Of a DNA stretch of 28,740 nucleotides, positions 16,339-25,749 are shown piece after piece. The notes beneath the pieces are model-generated. The model saw nothing but the letters and a program-made list of their open reading frames with translations, was not told the origin of the DNA and did no database searches. Position 1 is the stretch's first letter, and the number at the start of each line of letters is the position of its first letter. The stretch is from a bacterium (GTDB lineage Bacteria; J088; JAWLBW01): positions 124,001-152,740 of the forward strand of contig JAWLHK010000010.1 in the NCBI GenBank assembly GCA_041690355.1, written 5' to 3'. Made by a program: the position numbers and the translations under genes.

Positions 16339-18279
16339 CTAGAACCCCCGCAGGATCTGCGCGACCATGCCGCCGAGCTGGAAGTGATCGGTAAAGAAGT
16401 CCGCGAACAGCCAGGCCGAGCGATGAAGGGTGCCCGCGTCCGCCGGCTGGAGCCCGGAGGGGCCCGGGCAGGCCGTCGTGGGCGCCGCACCGTTCCCGGT
16501 CTGCGGATCGTAGCGATCGGCCCAGACGTCCATGTCGACGTGCACCAGCCCGTGGAAGGACGGATCGGCAAACGCCATGTAGATCACCGGCCAGAACACG
16601 TAGGTTCGCGACGACCAGTCGAGCGTGAAGCCGGCCAGCTCTGAGTATAAATTCCCCGCGTGCAGGCAGTCGGCCGGCACGCACCACGCGCCGCCGGGGC
16701 ACCCGAAGAGCGCGCGATCCGTCGCAGAAAACGGGTCGAAAGGCAGTTCCGCCGATTCCCCGAACAATCCGTAGACCCATCCGCCCGCCGCCTCGTCGAG
16801 CCAGCCGTCGACCCCGTTCATCGTCGCGGGGGGCGTCACCACGGTGGAATAGTCGTCGGCGTCGGCCAGGAAGCGTGCCCCCGTCGGTCCCGCGGTCTTC
16901 TCCCACGCGGGGAAGAACGTGCGCAGCGGCTGCGGATCCGTGAAAAACGCCGGCACGTCGAACGCCATGAACTCCGGCGCCGGCACGTCGAGCACGGGGA
17001 AGAGATCGGTGAAGAGGCCGCTGAATGACGTGAAGGGAATCCGCTCGTACGCATGCGCGGGGTCGCCGACGGCCGTGAACGCATCCGCCAGGCGCTCGAA
17101 GAAGGTCTGGAATTCCGCGATCACCGCTTCACCCGGAGCCGCCGCGGAACCGAGAAAGAGCAGGCCCGCCCCGACGGCGACCTCGAGGTTGTCGAAGAGC
17201 GAATCGCAGGCTTCGGCCTCCGCGGCGGGAACGGCCGTGCCGATGAGGGCGTCACACCGCAGGCGGAATTCATCGATACGCAGGCCGAGCTGATCGCCGG
17301 CGTCGATGGTGCCGTTTTCGTTACGATCCCGATAGGCGATCACGAACTGGCCATGCCACTCGGGTTCCCAACGCTCCGTTCGCTCCGAGAGCGTGGGAAA
17401 GAGCGTCAACAATGGCGAGGCCGCGGCGAGCAGCGCGGGGGCGATTTCGTTCGCATGCGTCTCCCAGCGATCGGTGCTCTTCGCCAGCAGGCGCGCATTA
17501 TCTTCGAGCACGAAGGCCCAGTCGAGCAGGTTGCGATCCGCGTGGTTCGCATCGGGGCCCGCGAGCAGGCAGGGGAAGAAGCCGGCGTCGAGGCAGGATT
17601 CGCGCACCCCGAGCTGGTGCGCCGTCTTGGCGGCATCGAGCGTCCAGCGCAGATCGTGGGCGAGACCGAGGTGCGAGATGCCGCGTATCGCTTCGGTCAA
17701 AGCGAGCAGCAGTCGCGCCTCGACGCCGTCGAAGCGTGCGCGCAGCGTCACCTCGGCGACCGGGGCCGAATTGTCGAGCGCAAACAATACGTAGCGCAGA
17801 TCCTCTTCCGGGGCTTCGGCAGCGTCGAGGCCGATGGCAAAGGCGCAGTCGGGAAGCTCGGTGACGACCTTGGCCGCAGCCGCGAGATCCGCCAACGTCG
17901 GATCCACGGCGGTCCACATGGCTTCGAGCGCGGCCCCCTGGTCGCCCGGGTCTTCGAGGGGACGCACCTGCGCGGAGACCCATTCGAGCAGCGGCGGATT
18001 CAGGATCGCGAGGGCGACCTGCACGTCGGCGAGCGCGATGCCCCACGAGGCCTCGCAATGCGGCTCCGCATGTTCCGCTCGCCACGCGTCGTCGAGTTCG
18101 CGGAAGATATTCCGCGCGGCTTCGCCTTCGAAGCGCGAGAGATGCCGCTTTCCCTCGAGCATGCGCTGGGTGACGACTTCGGAGGTGAGCGGAATGGGAT
18201 GCTCGTCAACGCAGGCGGTCGGTGCAAAGGCGAGCGGAACCAGGACGAGCAGACGCTCGAAGAAGCGGAGGGGTCGCAT
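16339..18279 (-). CDS. Hypothetical lipoprotein, 646 aa
   Basis: Signal peptide with lipobox-like PTAC; acidic, many Cys; DRNENGTIDAGD Ca-binding-like loop; no family recognised. Confidence 0.75.
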   Translation of the reverse strand: MRPLRFFERLLVLVPLAFAPTACVDEHPIPLTSEVVTQRMLEGKRHLSRFEGEAARNIFRELDDAWRAEHAEPHCEASWGIALADVQVALAILNPPLLEWVSAQVRPLEDPGDQGAALEAMWTAVDPTLADLAAAAKVVTELPDCAFAIGLDAAEAPEEDLRYVLFALDNSAPVAEVTLRARFDGVEARLLLALTEAIRGISHLGLAHDLRWTLDAAKTAHQLGVRESCLDAGFFPCLLAGPDANHADRNLLDWAFVLEDNARLLAKSTDRWETHANEIAPALLAAASPLLTLFPTLSERTERWEPEWHGQFVIAYRDRNENGTIDAGDQLGLRIDEFRLRCDALIGTAVPAAEAEACDSLFDNLEVAVGAGLLFLGSAAAPGEAVIAEFQTFFERLADAFTAVGDPAHAYERIPFTSFSGLFTDLFPVLDVPAPEFMAFDVPAFFTDPQPLRTFFPAWEKTAGPTGARFLADADDYSTVVTPPATMNGVDGWLDEAAGGWVYGLFGESAELPFDPFSATDRALFGCPGGAWCVPADCLHAGNLYSELAGFTLDWSSRTYVFWPVIYMAFADPSFHGLVHVDMDVWADRYDPQTGNGAAPTTACPGPSGLQPADAGTLHRSAWLFADFFTDHFQLGGMVAQILRGF

Positions 18280-18281
18280 CC

Positions 18282-18300
18282 GGCCATTCTAACAATGGCC
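18282..18300 (-). promoter_or_regulatory. Extended -10 box inside a palindrome, probable leaderless promoter
   Basis: Minus-strand TGtTAGAAT ending 6 nt before ATG 18279; GGCCATT-ctaac-AATGGCC. Confidence 0.55.
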
Positions 18301-18335
18301 CGCTCGAGTGACCAATGCGCCTTGCGGGGGGCGCA

Positions 18336-18356
18336 GATTCCTGATTCCTGATTCTT
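18336..18356. repeat. Heptamer tandem array (GATTCCT)x3, the reverse complement of AGGAATC
   Basis: GATTCCT GATTCCT GATTCTT. Confidence 0.8.
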
Positions 18357-18404
18357 AATCAGCAAGGACCGGGTAAAGGCGTTGGTTTCCACCCAATGAT
18401 CTTT

Positions 18405-18435
18405 GGGTCCCCATTCGAGGGACGATAGGGGGGCC
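18405..18435 (+). repeat. Palindromic repeat family A (degenerate)
   Basis: GGGTCCCCATTCGAGGGACGATAGGGGGGCC. Confidence 0.7.
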
Positions 18436-18451
18436 TCAGGCCCGAAGACCC

Positions 18452-18874
18452 TCAATGCCGGTGGTCCTGATCCTCTTCCGTCGTCGTTTCGGGAATCGGA
18501 TGATCGGGCGGGCTGTAGCCGAACTCGTCGTTCACGACCCCGTCGTCGATGAGCTCGAGCCCCTCGCCCATGTAATCCGTGTCGTCGCGCACAGGCTTGT
18601 CGAACCCGGGGCCCTCTTCGCGCAGGGCCTCCTGCACGACCAGGCGGTTGTCGACGTCGGGCAGGCCGAGCACGTCGGTGAGAATCTGGGCGGCCACCTG
18701 GCGCTCGCTCTCACTGGTCACTTCGCCGAAGAGCCGGATCGTACACCCCATTTCGTCATCGCGCGGTTGGTAGACCACCTTGATGCCGCTTTCGTCGAGT
18801 TCGTCGGCGGTGTGGAACGCGTCGTCGATGGCCTCGAGCACATCCTCTTTGGCGGCGTATCGAAGTTCCTCCAT
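18452..18874 (-). CDS. BON-domain protein with acidic C-terminal tail
   Basis: GAGAGGA RBS; ELDESGIKV...IRLFGEVTSESERQVAAQILTDVLGLPDVDNRLVV fits the BON consensus. Confidence 0.75.
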   Translation of the reverse strand: MEELRYAAKEDVLEAIDDAFHTADELDESGIKVVYQPRDDEMGCTIRLFGEVTSESERQVAAQILTDVLGLPDVDNRLVVQEALREEGPGFDKPVRDDTDYMGEGLELIDDGVVNDEFGYSPPDHPIPETTTEEDQDHRH

Positions 18875-18888
18875 GGTCCTCTCTTTTT

Positions 18889-19236
18889 TCAGTGCGCGGT
18901 AGACGGCGGCCGCGGTCGGGGTTGCTCGGCGGCTCCCTCTTCGGCAGTGGCGGGCTCGGGGCCCTGCACCGCTTCGAGCAGTTGGGCCGTGTTCTGTTCG
19001 ATGTTGAAGAACACGAGCACCAGCTCGCCGAGCACGACAAGGCCGATACCGATCACGATGGCGAGCAGAAGCTCGTAGAGGCCGGGGAAAAAACCGACCA
19101 TGAACATCTGGGCGATCCCCGAAATGCCCCCGAGCAGCGCGACCGCATAACCGACGATTTCGAGTGCCCGGGCATAGGTGCGCGCCGCCTGGTGGCGCGC
19201 GTGCACATCGGGTGAACGGCGGCGAAAAGGAAGCAT
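18889..19236 (-). CDS. Small two-TM membrane protein (start approximate)
   Basis: Two hydrophobic helices followed by LGELVLVFFNIEQNT; lies 14 nt upstream of the BON gene. Confidence 0.7.
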   Translation of the reverse strand: MLPFRRRSPDVHARHQAARTYARALEIVGYAVALLGGISGIAQMFMVGFFPGLYELLLAIVIGIGLVVLGELVLVFFNIEQNTAQLLEAVQGPEPATAEEGAAEQPRPRPPSTAH

Positions 19237-19427
19237 GACCCCAGTGTGGACCCGAGCCGGCCTGAACGGGAGAGTCGGGGCGCGACAACCGCGCGCCAGG
19301 CGTCGAAGGGATCGAGAAGGCGAGCGCCGGGGAGGCGAGTACCGGCGCAGCAAGGGCCCGGGGCCGGGGAGACGGCCAGGCAGGCGCCATTGCCGAAACC
19401 AAAAATTTTGAGTTAATATAAAGAGTT

Positions 19428-19931
19428 ATGGTGGGCGACGACGATTTTCTGAAGTTCTTTACCGACACCCTCTCAACCGTGGCCGGGGTCGAAACCGCGC
19501 AGCCCGCGGCCCCTGCCCCTGCGCCCGTCGCGCCCCCCACGGCCGCTACGGCAGCACCCAAGGGAAAACTCGTCTACATCGGCTTCGACGACGCAACGCG
19601 CACCGTCTTTCAGCAGAATCTCGGCGGCACGCTCCCCTTCGTCGAAACGGCCGATCTGCAGCAGGTCAAGCAGCTCATGCAGGCGGGACAGGTCGCGCTC
19701 ATCGTCTTTGACGGCACGAGCTTCGTCAAGCCCGGTATCGCGATCACCCGCTTCGTCAAGGAAAAGAACCTCCCCATCCGCGTGGCCCACGTCTTTGCGC
19801 CGCAGCGCGTGACCGAAGAGTACGAGAAGTACCGCCAGTACCATATCCACCTGCAGCCGGACTACCGCGGCATCTCCGATGAAATCTTCATGGTCGTCGA
19901 TGCCATCAAGAAAGACTTCGGCATCGCCTGA
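19428..19931 (+). CDS. Hypothetical protein with a degenerate CheY-like receiver domain
   Basis: Strong GC3 codon bias; Ala/Pro linker, then LVYIGFDD...VALIVFDG...PGIAITRFVKEKNLPIRVAHVF; TTGCCG-18-TAATAT upstream. Confidence 0.65.
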   Translation: MVGDDDFLKFFTDTLSTVAGVETAQPAAPAPAPVAPPTAATAAPKGKLVYIGFDDATRTVFQQNLGGTLPFVETADLQQVKQLMQAGQVALIVFDGTSFVKPGIAITRFVKEKNLPIRVAHVFAPQRVTEEYEKYRQYHIHLQPDYRGISDEIFMVVDAIKKDFGIA

Positions 19932-19980
19932 GTCCCCGGCCTCCTCCCTGTTTCGCCCCTGAACTCGGGGCAATTGCGGT

Positions 19981-20009
19981 TTTACGGAAACGGGGATTCG
20001 TGGGATAAT
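19981..20009 (+). promoter_or_regulatory. Putative sigma70 promoter of sucAB-lpdA
   Basis: TTTACG-17 nt-GATAAT. Confidence 0.5.
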
Positions 20010-20120
20010 GAGCTTTTTATCCAGTACCCGTGAAAAATGAGGCCGCCCCGGCTTCGTGCCGGGTATTGCCGAGAGGCCGGACAGGGACGGGAAACCGGCC
20101 GCCAGAAACGGATCCTCCGC

Positions 20121-22934
20121 TTGGAAAAATACAGCTACCTCAAGAGCATCAACGCCGACTACATCGACGGGCTTTACGAATCCTATCTTCGGGATCCCGA
20201 TTCGGTTGACCTGTCCTGGCGACTCTTTTTCGAGGGGATGGAGTTCACCGCCGGCGAAACGGCCGCTGAAGCCCCGTCTGCGACGACGCAGGCCCCCGCT
20301 GTTTCCCCCGCTGCCCCTGTCGATACCTCGAAGCTCGCGCCGGGCATCGTTCCGGGCGAAGCCGACGAGGCCAAGGTCGGCCTGCTCATCCAGAGCTACC
20401 GCGAGCTCGGCCGCCTGCTCGCGAATCTCGATCCGCTTTCGGAGCCGCCGACCGAGCACGAATTGCTGTCCATCAGCCGCTTTGCCCTGACGCCGGCCGA
20501 CTTGTCGCGCCAGTTCAACGCGGCGCAGGTGCTCAGCATGCCGACCTCGACGCTGCAGGAGATCATCGATCGCCTGCGCGAGACCTACTGCGGCTCGATC
20601 GGCATCGAGTACACGCATATCGAAGACGCCGAGTCGCGCACCTGGCTGCGTACGCGCATGGAAACCACGCGCAACAAGCCGAACTTCGATGCCGACACCA
20701 AGAAGCGCATCCTGCAGAAGCTCACCGAGAGCGAGACTTTCGAGCACTTTCTGCACACGCGTTACGTCGGTCAGAAACGCTTCTCCGGCGAAGGGGCCGA
20801 CGGCGCGATCTCGCTTGCCGACACGCTCATCCAGAAGGGGGGCGAGCTCGGGGTGAAGGAGATCGTCATGGGGATGGCCCACCGCGGCCGCCTCAACATG
20901 CTCGTCAACATCTTCGGCAAGCGGCCGGCCGTTGTTTTCAGCGAGTTCGAAGGGCGGCTGCCGAGCGAAAAAGATTCCGGCGAGGGGGACGTGAAGTACC
21001 ACATGGGCTTCTCGTCGAACGTCGAGACCCGCAGCGGCGCCACCGTGCATCTGTCGCTGGCGTCGAACCCGAGCCACCTCGAGGCGGTCAATCCGGTGGT
21101 CGAAGGGGTGGCGCGCGCCAAGCAGGAGATGAACCGCGATACGACCCGTTCGCAGGTCGTGCCGATTCTCGTCCACGGTGACGCGTCGTTTGCCGGGCAG
21201 GGGATCGTCTTCGAGACGCTGCAGCTCTCGCAGCTGCCGGGTTACATGACGGGCGGAACGATTCATATCGTCATCAACAATCAGATCGGCTTCACGACCC
21301 GGCCTACCGATTCGCGCTCGACGACGTACGCGACCGATCTGGCCATGATGCTCGAGATTCCGATCTTCCACGTCAACGGCGACGACGCCGAGGCGCTCTC
21401 GTACATCGGCGAAGTCGCCATGGAATACCGCCAGAAGTTCCACCGCGACGTCGTCATTGACCTGATCTGCTACCGGCGGCACGGCCACAACGAAGGTGAC
21501 GAGCCCTCGTTTACTCAGCCGCTGATGTACAAGAAGATCCGCAACCATCCCTCGCCGCGTCTCCTCTACGCCCGCAAGCTCGCCGCCGAAGGGGTGGTGA
21601 GTGAAGCCGAGGCGCAGGCGCTCTTCGACGCGCAGATGAAGCACTTCGCCGAGGAGCAGGAGCTGGCGCGTGAAAATCCGCCGCCGCTCGGGATGTCGAT
21701 GTTCGAAGGGGCCTGGCGCGGCCTGCACAAGCCGACCCCCGACGAGCTGTTTCAGCCCGCCGAAACCCAGGTTCCGCTCGAATTGCTGCAGTCGGCCGCC
21801 GAAGAGATGGCGCGCCTGCCCGAGGGGTTCACCGTGCATCCGAAGCTGGACAAGATTCTCCAGGGCCGGCGCGAGGCGGTGCTCTCCGGAGGGGATCTCG
21901 ACTGGGGCACCGCCGAAGGCCTGGCCTACGCGTCGCTGCTGCTCGAGGGCACCGCCGTGCGTCTCAGCGGGCAGGATTCGGAGCGCGGGACCTTCAGCCA
22001 CCGGCATGCCGTACTGCACGACTTTCAGACGGGGGCCGCCTACGCGCCGCTGGCCAACCTGAAGGATGCGCGCGCGACTTTCTTCGTCTACAACAGTTCC
22101 CTTTCCGAAGCGGGCGTGCTCGGGTTCGAGTTCGGCTACGCCCTCGCCGATCCGAAGGCCCTGACGATATGGGAAGCCCAGTTCGGCGACTTCGCGAACG
22201 GCGCCCAGATCATCATCGACCAGTTCATCGCCACGGCGGAATCGAAGTGGAACCGCATGAACGGTCTCGTCATGCTGCTGCCCCACGGCTACGAAGGCCA
22301 GGGGCCCGAGCACTCGAGCGCGCGTCTGGAACGGTTTCTCCAGCTGTGCGGCCGCTATAACCTGCAGGTGTGCAACCTGTCGACCCCGGCCCAGATCTTC
22401 CACGCCCTGCGCCGTCAGGTACGCCGTCCGTTCCGCAAGCCGCTGGTCGTCATGTCGCCGAAGAGCCTGCTGCGTCACCCCAAGGCGGTTTCGAAGACCG
22501 CCGAGCTGGCCGAAGGGCGTTTCCACGAAATTCTCGACGATGCATCGGTGGCCGACCGCAAGAAAGTCAAGCGCGTCCTGCTCTGCTCGGGCAAGGTCTA
22601 CTACGATCTGTTCGCCGAACAGGAGCGCCTGGGCGCGAAAGATGTCGCCATCGTGCGCCTCGAGCAGTTCTACCCCTGGCCCGAAGCGCTGCTCCAGGAT
22701 GTGCTCAAGCGGTATCCCGCCAAGGCCGAAGTCGTCTGGGTGCAGGAAGAACCGCGCAACATGGGTGGCTGGGTCTTCGTGCGTGAGCGCTGGCTCGATG
22801 GCGAGCTCGGCGGACGCAAACTGCACTACGCGGGCCGGCCCCTCGCCGCGGCCCCCGCCGTCGGCTCTGCCAAGGCGCATGCCCAGGAACAGAAACAGCT
22901 TCTCGAACAGGCCTTTTCCGAACTCCCGTCCTGA
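20121..22934 (+). CDS. sucA: 2-oxoglutarate dehydrogenase E1 component
   Basis: SYL..INADYID.LY N-terminus (TTG 20121 likely, ATG 20037 possible), GMAHRGRLN, GDVKYHMG, HGDASFAGQG TPP motif, WEAQFGDFANGAQ. Confidence 0.98.
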   Translation: MEKYSYLKSINADYIDGLYESYLRDPDSVDLSWRLFFEGMEFTAGETAAEAPSATTQAPAVSPAAPVDTSKLAPGIVPGEADEAKVGLLIQSYRELGRLLANLDPLSEPPTEHELLSISRFALTPADLSRQFNAAQVLSMPTSTLQEIIDRLRETYCGSIGIEYTHIEDAESRTWLRTRMETTRNKPNFDADTKKRILQKLTESETFEHFLHTRYVGQKRFSGEGADGAISLADTLIQKGGELGVKEIVMGMAHRGRLNMLVNIFGKRPAVVFSEFEGRLPSEKDSGEGDVKYHMGFSSNVETRSGATVHLSLASNPSHLEAVNPVVEGVARAKQEMNRDTTRSQVVPILVHGDASFAGQGIVFETLQLSQLPGYMTGGTIHIVINNQIGFTTRPTDSRSTTYATDLAMMLEIPIFHVNGDDAEALSYIGEVAMEYRQKFHRDVVIDLICYRRHGHNEGDEPSFTQPLMYKKIRNHPSPRLLYARKLAAEGVVSEAEAQALFDAQMKHFAEEQELARENPPPLGMSMFEGAWRGLHKPTPDELFQPAETQVPLELLQSAAEEMARLPEGFTVHPKLDKILQGRREAVLSGGDLDWGTAEGLAYASLLLEGTAVRLSGQDSERGTFSHRHAVLHDFQTGAAYAPLANLKDARATFFVYNSSLSEAGVLGFEFGYALADPKALTIWEAQFGDFANGAQIIIDQFIATAESKWNRMNGLVMLLPHGYEGQGPEHSSARLERFLQLCGRYNLQVCNLSTPAQIFHALRRQVRRPFRKPLVVMSPKSLLRHPKAVSKTAELAEGRFHEILDDASVADRKKVKRVLLCSGKVYYDLFAEQERLGAKDVAIVRLEQFYPWPEALLQDVLKRYPAKAEVVWVQEEPRNMGGWVFVRERWLDGELGGRKLHYAGRPLAAAPAVGSAKAHAQEQKQLLEQAFSELPS

Positions 22935-22947
22935 GGATTGAGAGACG

Positions 22948-24156
22948 ATGCGACATGATTTGAAGGCGCCCAGCGTAGGCGAGTCGATTACCGAAGTCAC
23001 CGTCGGCCAGTGGCTCAAGCAGGACGGCGAAGCGGTGAAAGCCGGCGAGCCCGTGCTCGAGGTCGAGTCTGAAAAGGCGACGCTCGAGATCATCGCCGAG
23101 AACGATGGCGCGCTCAAGATTCTCAAGCAGCAGGGCGAGACGGTCGCCATCGGCGAAGTCGTCGGCTACGTGGACGACGCCGTAAAGGGGACTGCGGCCT
23201 CCGCTGCGCCGTCTGCCCCCGCCGCCGCGACAGCCCCCGCCCCACAGGCCGCCGCGCCCGCCCCCGTCTCCGACCGCGTCTCGGGACCGGCGGCCCGCAA
23301 GATCGCCGCCGAAACCGGCGTCGACGTGAACGCCGTGCAGGGCACCGGCCGCCACGGCATGGTCACGAAGAGCGACCTGGTCGATCATCTGGAAGGGCGC
23401 GGCGCACGCGCGGCCGCCCCCGCCGCGGCCCCGGCCCCCGCGCGGCCCGCAAAGGAAGGAGAACGGCGCGTCCCCATGACGCTGCTGCGCCGCAAAATCG
23501 CCGAGCGGCTCGTCTCGGCGCAGCAGACCGCGGCCATTCTCACGACTTTCAACGAGGTCGACATGACGGCCGTCATGGAGGTCCGCAAGAAGAACAAGGA
23601 AGCGTTCAAGGCGAAGCACGGCGTCAACCTCGGCTTCATGTCGTTCTTCACGCGCGCCTGCTGCCAGGCGCTGCAGAAGCACCCGATCGTGAATGCGTTC
23701 ATCGAGGGCAACGAGGTCGTCTACCATGACTACCAGGATGTCGGCATCGCCGTGGGCACCGAGCGCGGCCTCGTCGTTCCGGTCGTGCGCAACGCGGGGA
23801 CCATGCAGCTGGCCGACATCGAGAAGGAGATCGGCCGGCTCGCCGAAAGGGCGCGGCTGGGCAAGCTGACGGTGAGCGACATGGCCGGCGCGACCTTCAC
23901 GATCTCGAACGGCGGCGTTTACGGATCGCTCCTCTCGACCCCCATCCTCACGCCGCCGCAGAGCGCGATTCTGGGCATGCACAAGATTGAAGAGCGCCCC
24001 ATCGCGCTCAACGGACAGGTCGTCATCCGTCCGATGATGTACCTGGCCGTCTCCTACGACCACCGCCTGCTCGACGGCAAGGACGCCGTGGAGTTCCTCG
24101 TCTCGATCAAACAGTTCCTCGAAGATCCCGCGTCCATGGGCGTGGCGTTCGAATAA
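22948..24156 (+). CDS. sucB: Dihydrolipoamide succinyltransferase E2
   Basis: Lipoyl domain GESITE...ESEKA, E3-binding [21 protein letters not shown], catalytic DHRLLDG. Confidence 0.98.
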   Translation: MRHDLKAPSVGESITEVTVGQWLKQDGEAVKAGEPVLEVESEKATLEIIAENDGALKILKQQGETVAIGEVVGYVDDAVKGTAASAAPSAPAAATAPAPQAAAPAPVSDRVSGPAARKIAAETGVDVNAVQGTGRHGMVTKSDLVDHLEGRGARAAAPAAAPAPARPAKEGERRVPMTLLRRKIAERLVSAQQTAAILTTFNEVDMTAVMEVRKKNKEAFKAKHGVNLGFMSFFTRACCQALQKHPIVNAFIEGNEVVYHDYQDVGIAVGTERGLVVPVVRNAGTMQLADIEKEIGRLAERARLGKLTVSDMAGATFTISNGGVYGSLLSTPILTPPQSAILGMHKIEERPIALNGQVVIRPMMYLAVSYDHRLLDGKDAVEFLVSIKQFLEDPASMGVAFE

Positions 24157-24174
24157 GCGGAACGCGGAGCAATC

Positions 24175-25575
24175 ATGGCTGATCAATTCGACGTCATCTT
24201 TCTCGGCGCCGGCCCCGGCGGCTACATCGGATCCATCCGCGCGGCACAGCTCGGCCTCAAGGTCGCGTGCGTCGAAAAGGACAAGACCCTCGGCGGCACC
24301 TGCGTGAACGTCGGTTGTATTCCCAGCAAGGCGCTGCTCTATTCCAGCGAGCTGTACGAACAGACGACGCACAAATTCAAGAAGCACGGCATCGAAGTCG
24401 AGGGCGTGAAGCTGAACCTGGCGGCGATGCTGAAGCGCAAGGACGCGGTCGTGCGCCAGAACACCACCGGCGTCGAGTTCCTCTACAAGAAGAACAAGAT
24501 CGAGTGGGTCAAGGGTTCCGCTGCGTTCATCGGACCGAAGGAAGTCGAAGTCGTCGACGCCGAGGGGAACAAGCGGACGCTGACGGCGAAGCACATCGTC
24601 ATCGCCACCGGCAGCGCGCCCATCGAGCTCCCCTTTCTCAAGTTCGACGAGAAGCAGGTGGTGAGCAACGTCGGCGCCCTTACCTTCCCCGAAGTTCCGA
24701 AAAAGCTAGTGGTCATCGGCGGCGGCGTCATCGGACTCGAACTCGGCAGCGTCTGGCGCCGCCTCGGATCCGAAGTCACGGTCGTGGAGTTTCTCCCGCA
24801 TCTGCTCGGCAACATGGACGACGATCTGCGCAAGGAAGCGAAGAAGATCTTCGAAAAGCAGGGGCTCAAGATCAAACTCGGCACGAAGGTCGTCTCCGGC
24901 AAGGCCGACAAGAAGGGGGTCACCCTCGCGGTCGAGAAAGACGGCAAGCAGGAAACGCTCGACGCAGACGCCGTGCTCGTCAGCATCGGCCGCAAACCGT
25001 ACACCGAAGGGCTCAACCTCGACAAGGCCGGCGTCAAGCTCGACGAGAAGGGGCGCGTCCTCATCGACGATCACTTCCGCACGAGCGTTGAAGGCGTCTA
25101 CGCCATCGGCGACTGCGTGCGCGGCGCCATGCTCGCCCACAAGGCGGAAGAGGAAGGGGTCGCCTGTGCCGAGATCATCGCCGGCCAGGCCGGCCACGTA
25201 CGCTACGACACGATTCCCGGCATCGTCTACACCTGGCCCGAAGTGGGCTCCGTCGGCATCACCGAGCAGGAAGCAAAGGAGCAGGGCATCGAGATCAAGA
25301 CGGCCAAGCTGCCGTTCATGTCGAACCCGCGCGCCCGCTGCAACGACGATCTCGAAGGCTTCTGCAAGATCATCGCCGACAAGAAGAACGATCGCCTGCT
25401 CGGCGTGCACATCATCGGACCGTGGGCGTCGGAGCTGATCGCCGAAGCGGTCTCGGTCATGGAGTTCGGCGGCAGCGCCGAAGACATCGGACGCACGGTG
25501 CACGGTCACCCGACGCTTTCGGAAATCGTGAAGGAGACGGCGCTGGCCGTCGACAAGCGCGCGCTGAATTCCTGA
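24175..25575 (+). CDS. lpdA: Dihydrolipoamide dehydrogenase E3
   Basis: GAGPGG FAD motif, GGTCVNVGCIPSK, GGGVIGLE, HPTLSE. Confidence 0.98.
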   Translation: MADQFDVIFLGAGPGGYIGSIRAAQLGLKVACVEKDKTLGGTCVNVGCIPSKALLYSSELYEQTTHKFKKHGIEVEGVKLNLAAMLKRKDAVVRQNTTGVEFLYKKNKIEWVKGSAAFIGPKEVEVVDAEGNKRTLTAKHIVIATGSAPIELPFLKFDEKQVVSNVGALTFPEVPKKLVVIGGGVIGLELGSVWRRLGSEVTVVEFLPHLLGNMDDDLRKEAKKIFEKQGLKIKLGTKVVSGKADKKGVTLAVEKDGKQETLDADAVLVSIGRKPYTEGLNLDKAGVKLDEKGRVLIDDHFRTSVEGVYAIGDCVRGAMLAHKAEEEGVACAEIIAGQAGHVRYDTIPGIVYTWPEVGSVGITEQEAKEQGIEIKTAKLPFMSNPRARCNDDLEGFCKIIADKKNDRLLGVHIIGPWASELIAEAVSVMEFGGSAEDIGRTVHGHPTLSEIVKETALAVDKRALNS

Positions 25576-25579
25576 GGGG

Positions 25580-25641
25580 ACCTCACCCCCGTCGGCGCTG
25601 CCGGCGCCGTCGGCCCCTCTCCTTCGTAAGGAGAGGGGGAG
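25580..25641 (+). repeat. Palindromic intergenic repeat, family B (may act as terminator)
   Basis: ACCTCACCCCCGTCGGCGCTGCCGGCGCCGTCGG then CCCCTCTCCTT-cgt-AAGGAGAGGGG. Confidence 0.7.
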
Positions 25642-25749
25642 TATAACCAGTGGCAACAGTGGTAGCCGCCGGGATCAGGTGGTTTAATAAGTGACTGGCT
25701 GAAGCTTCCGTGCGCTTCGGTGCTCATCTTCGCCACCGAGAGGCCCACC

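Noticed and set aside
23190..23450. GCC/CCC-rich repeats in sucB (and 19500-19560)
   Set aside because: Ordinary Ala/Pro interdomain linkers.
19473..25656. Minus-strand ORFs of 1225, 629 and 316 aa
   Set aside because: Antisense to sucA/sucB/lpdA; typical shadow translations with no domain signatures.
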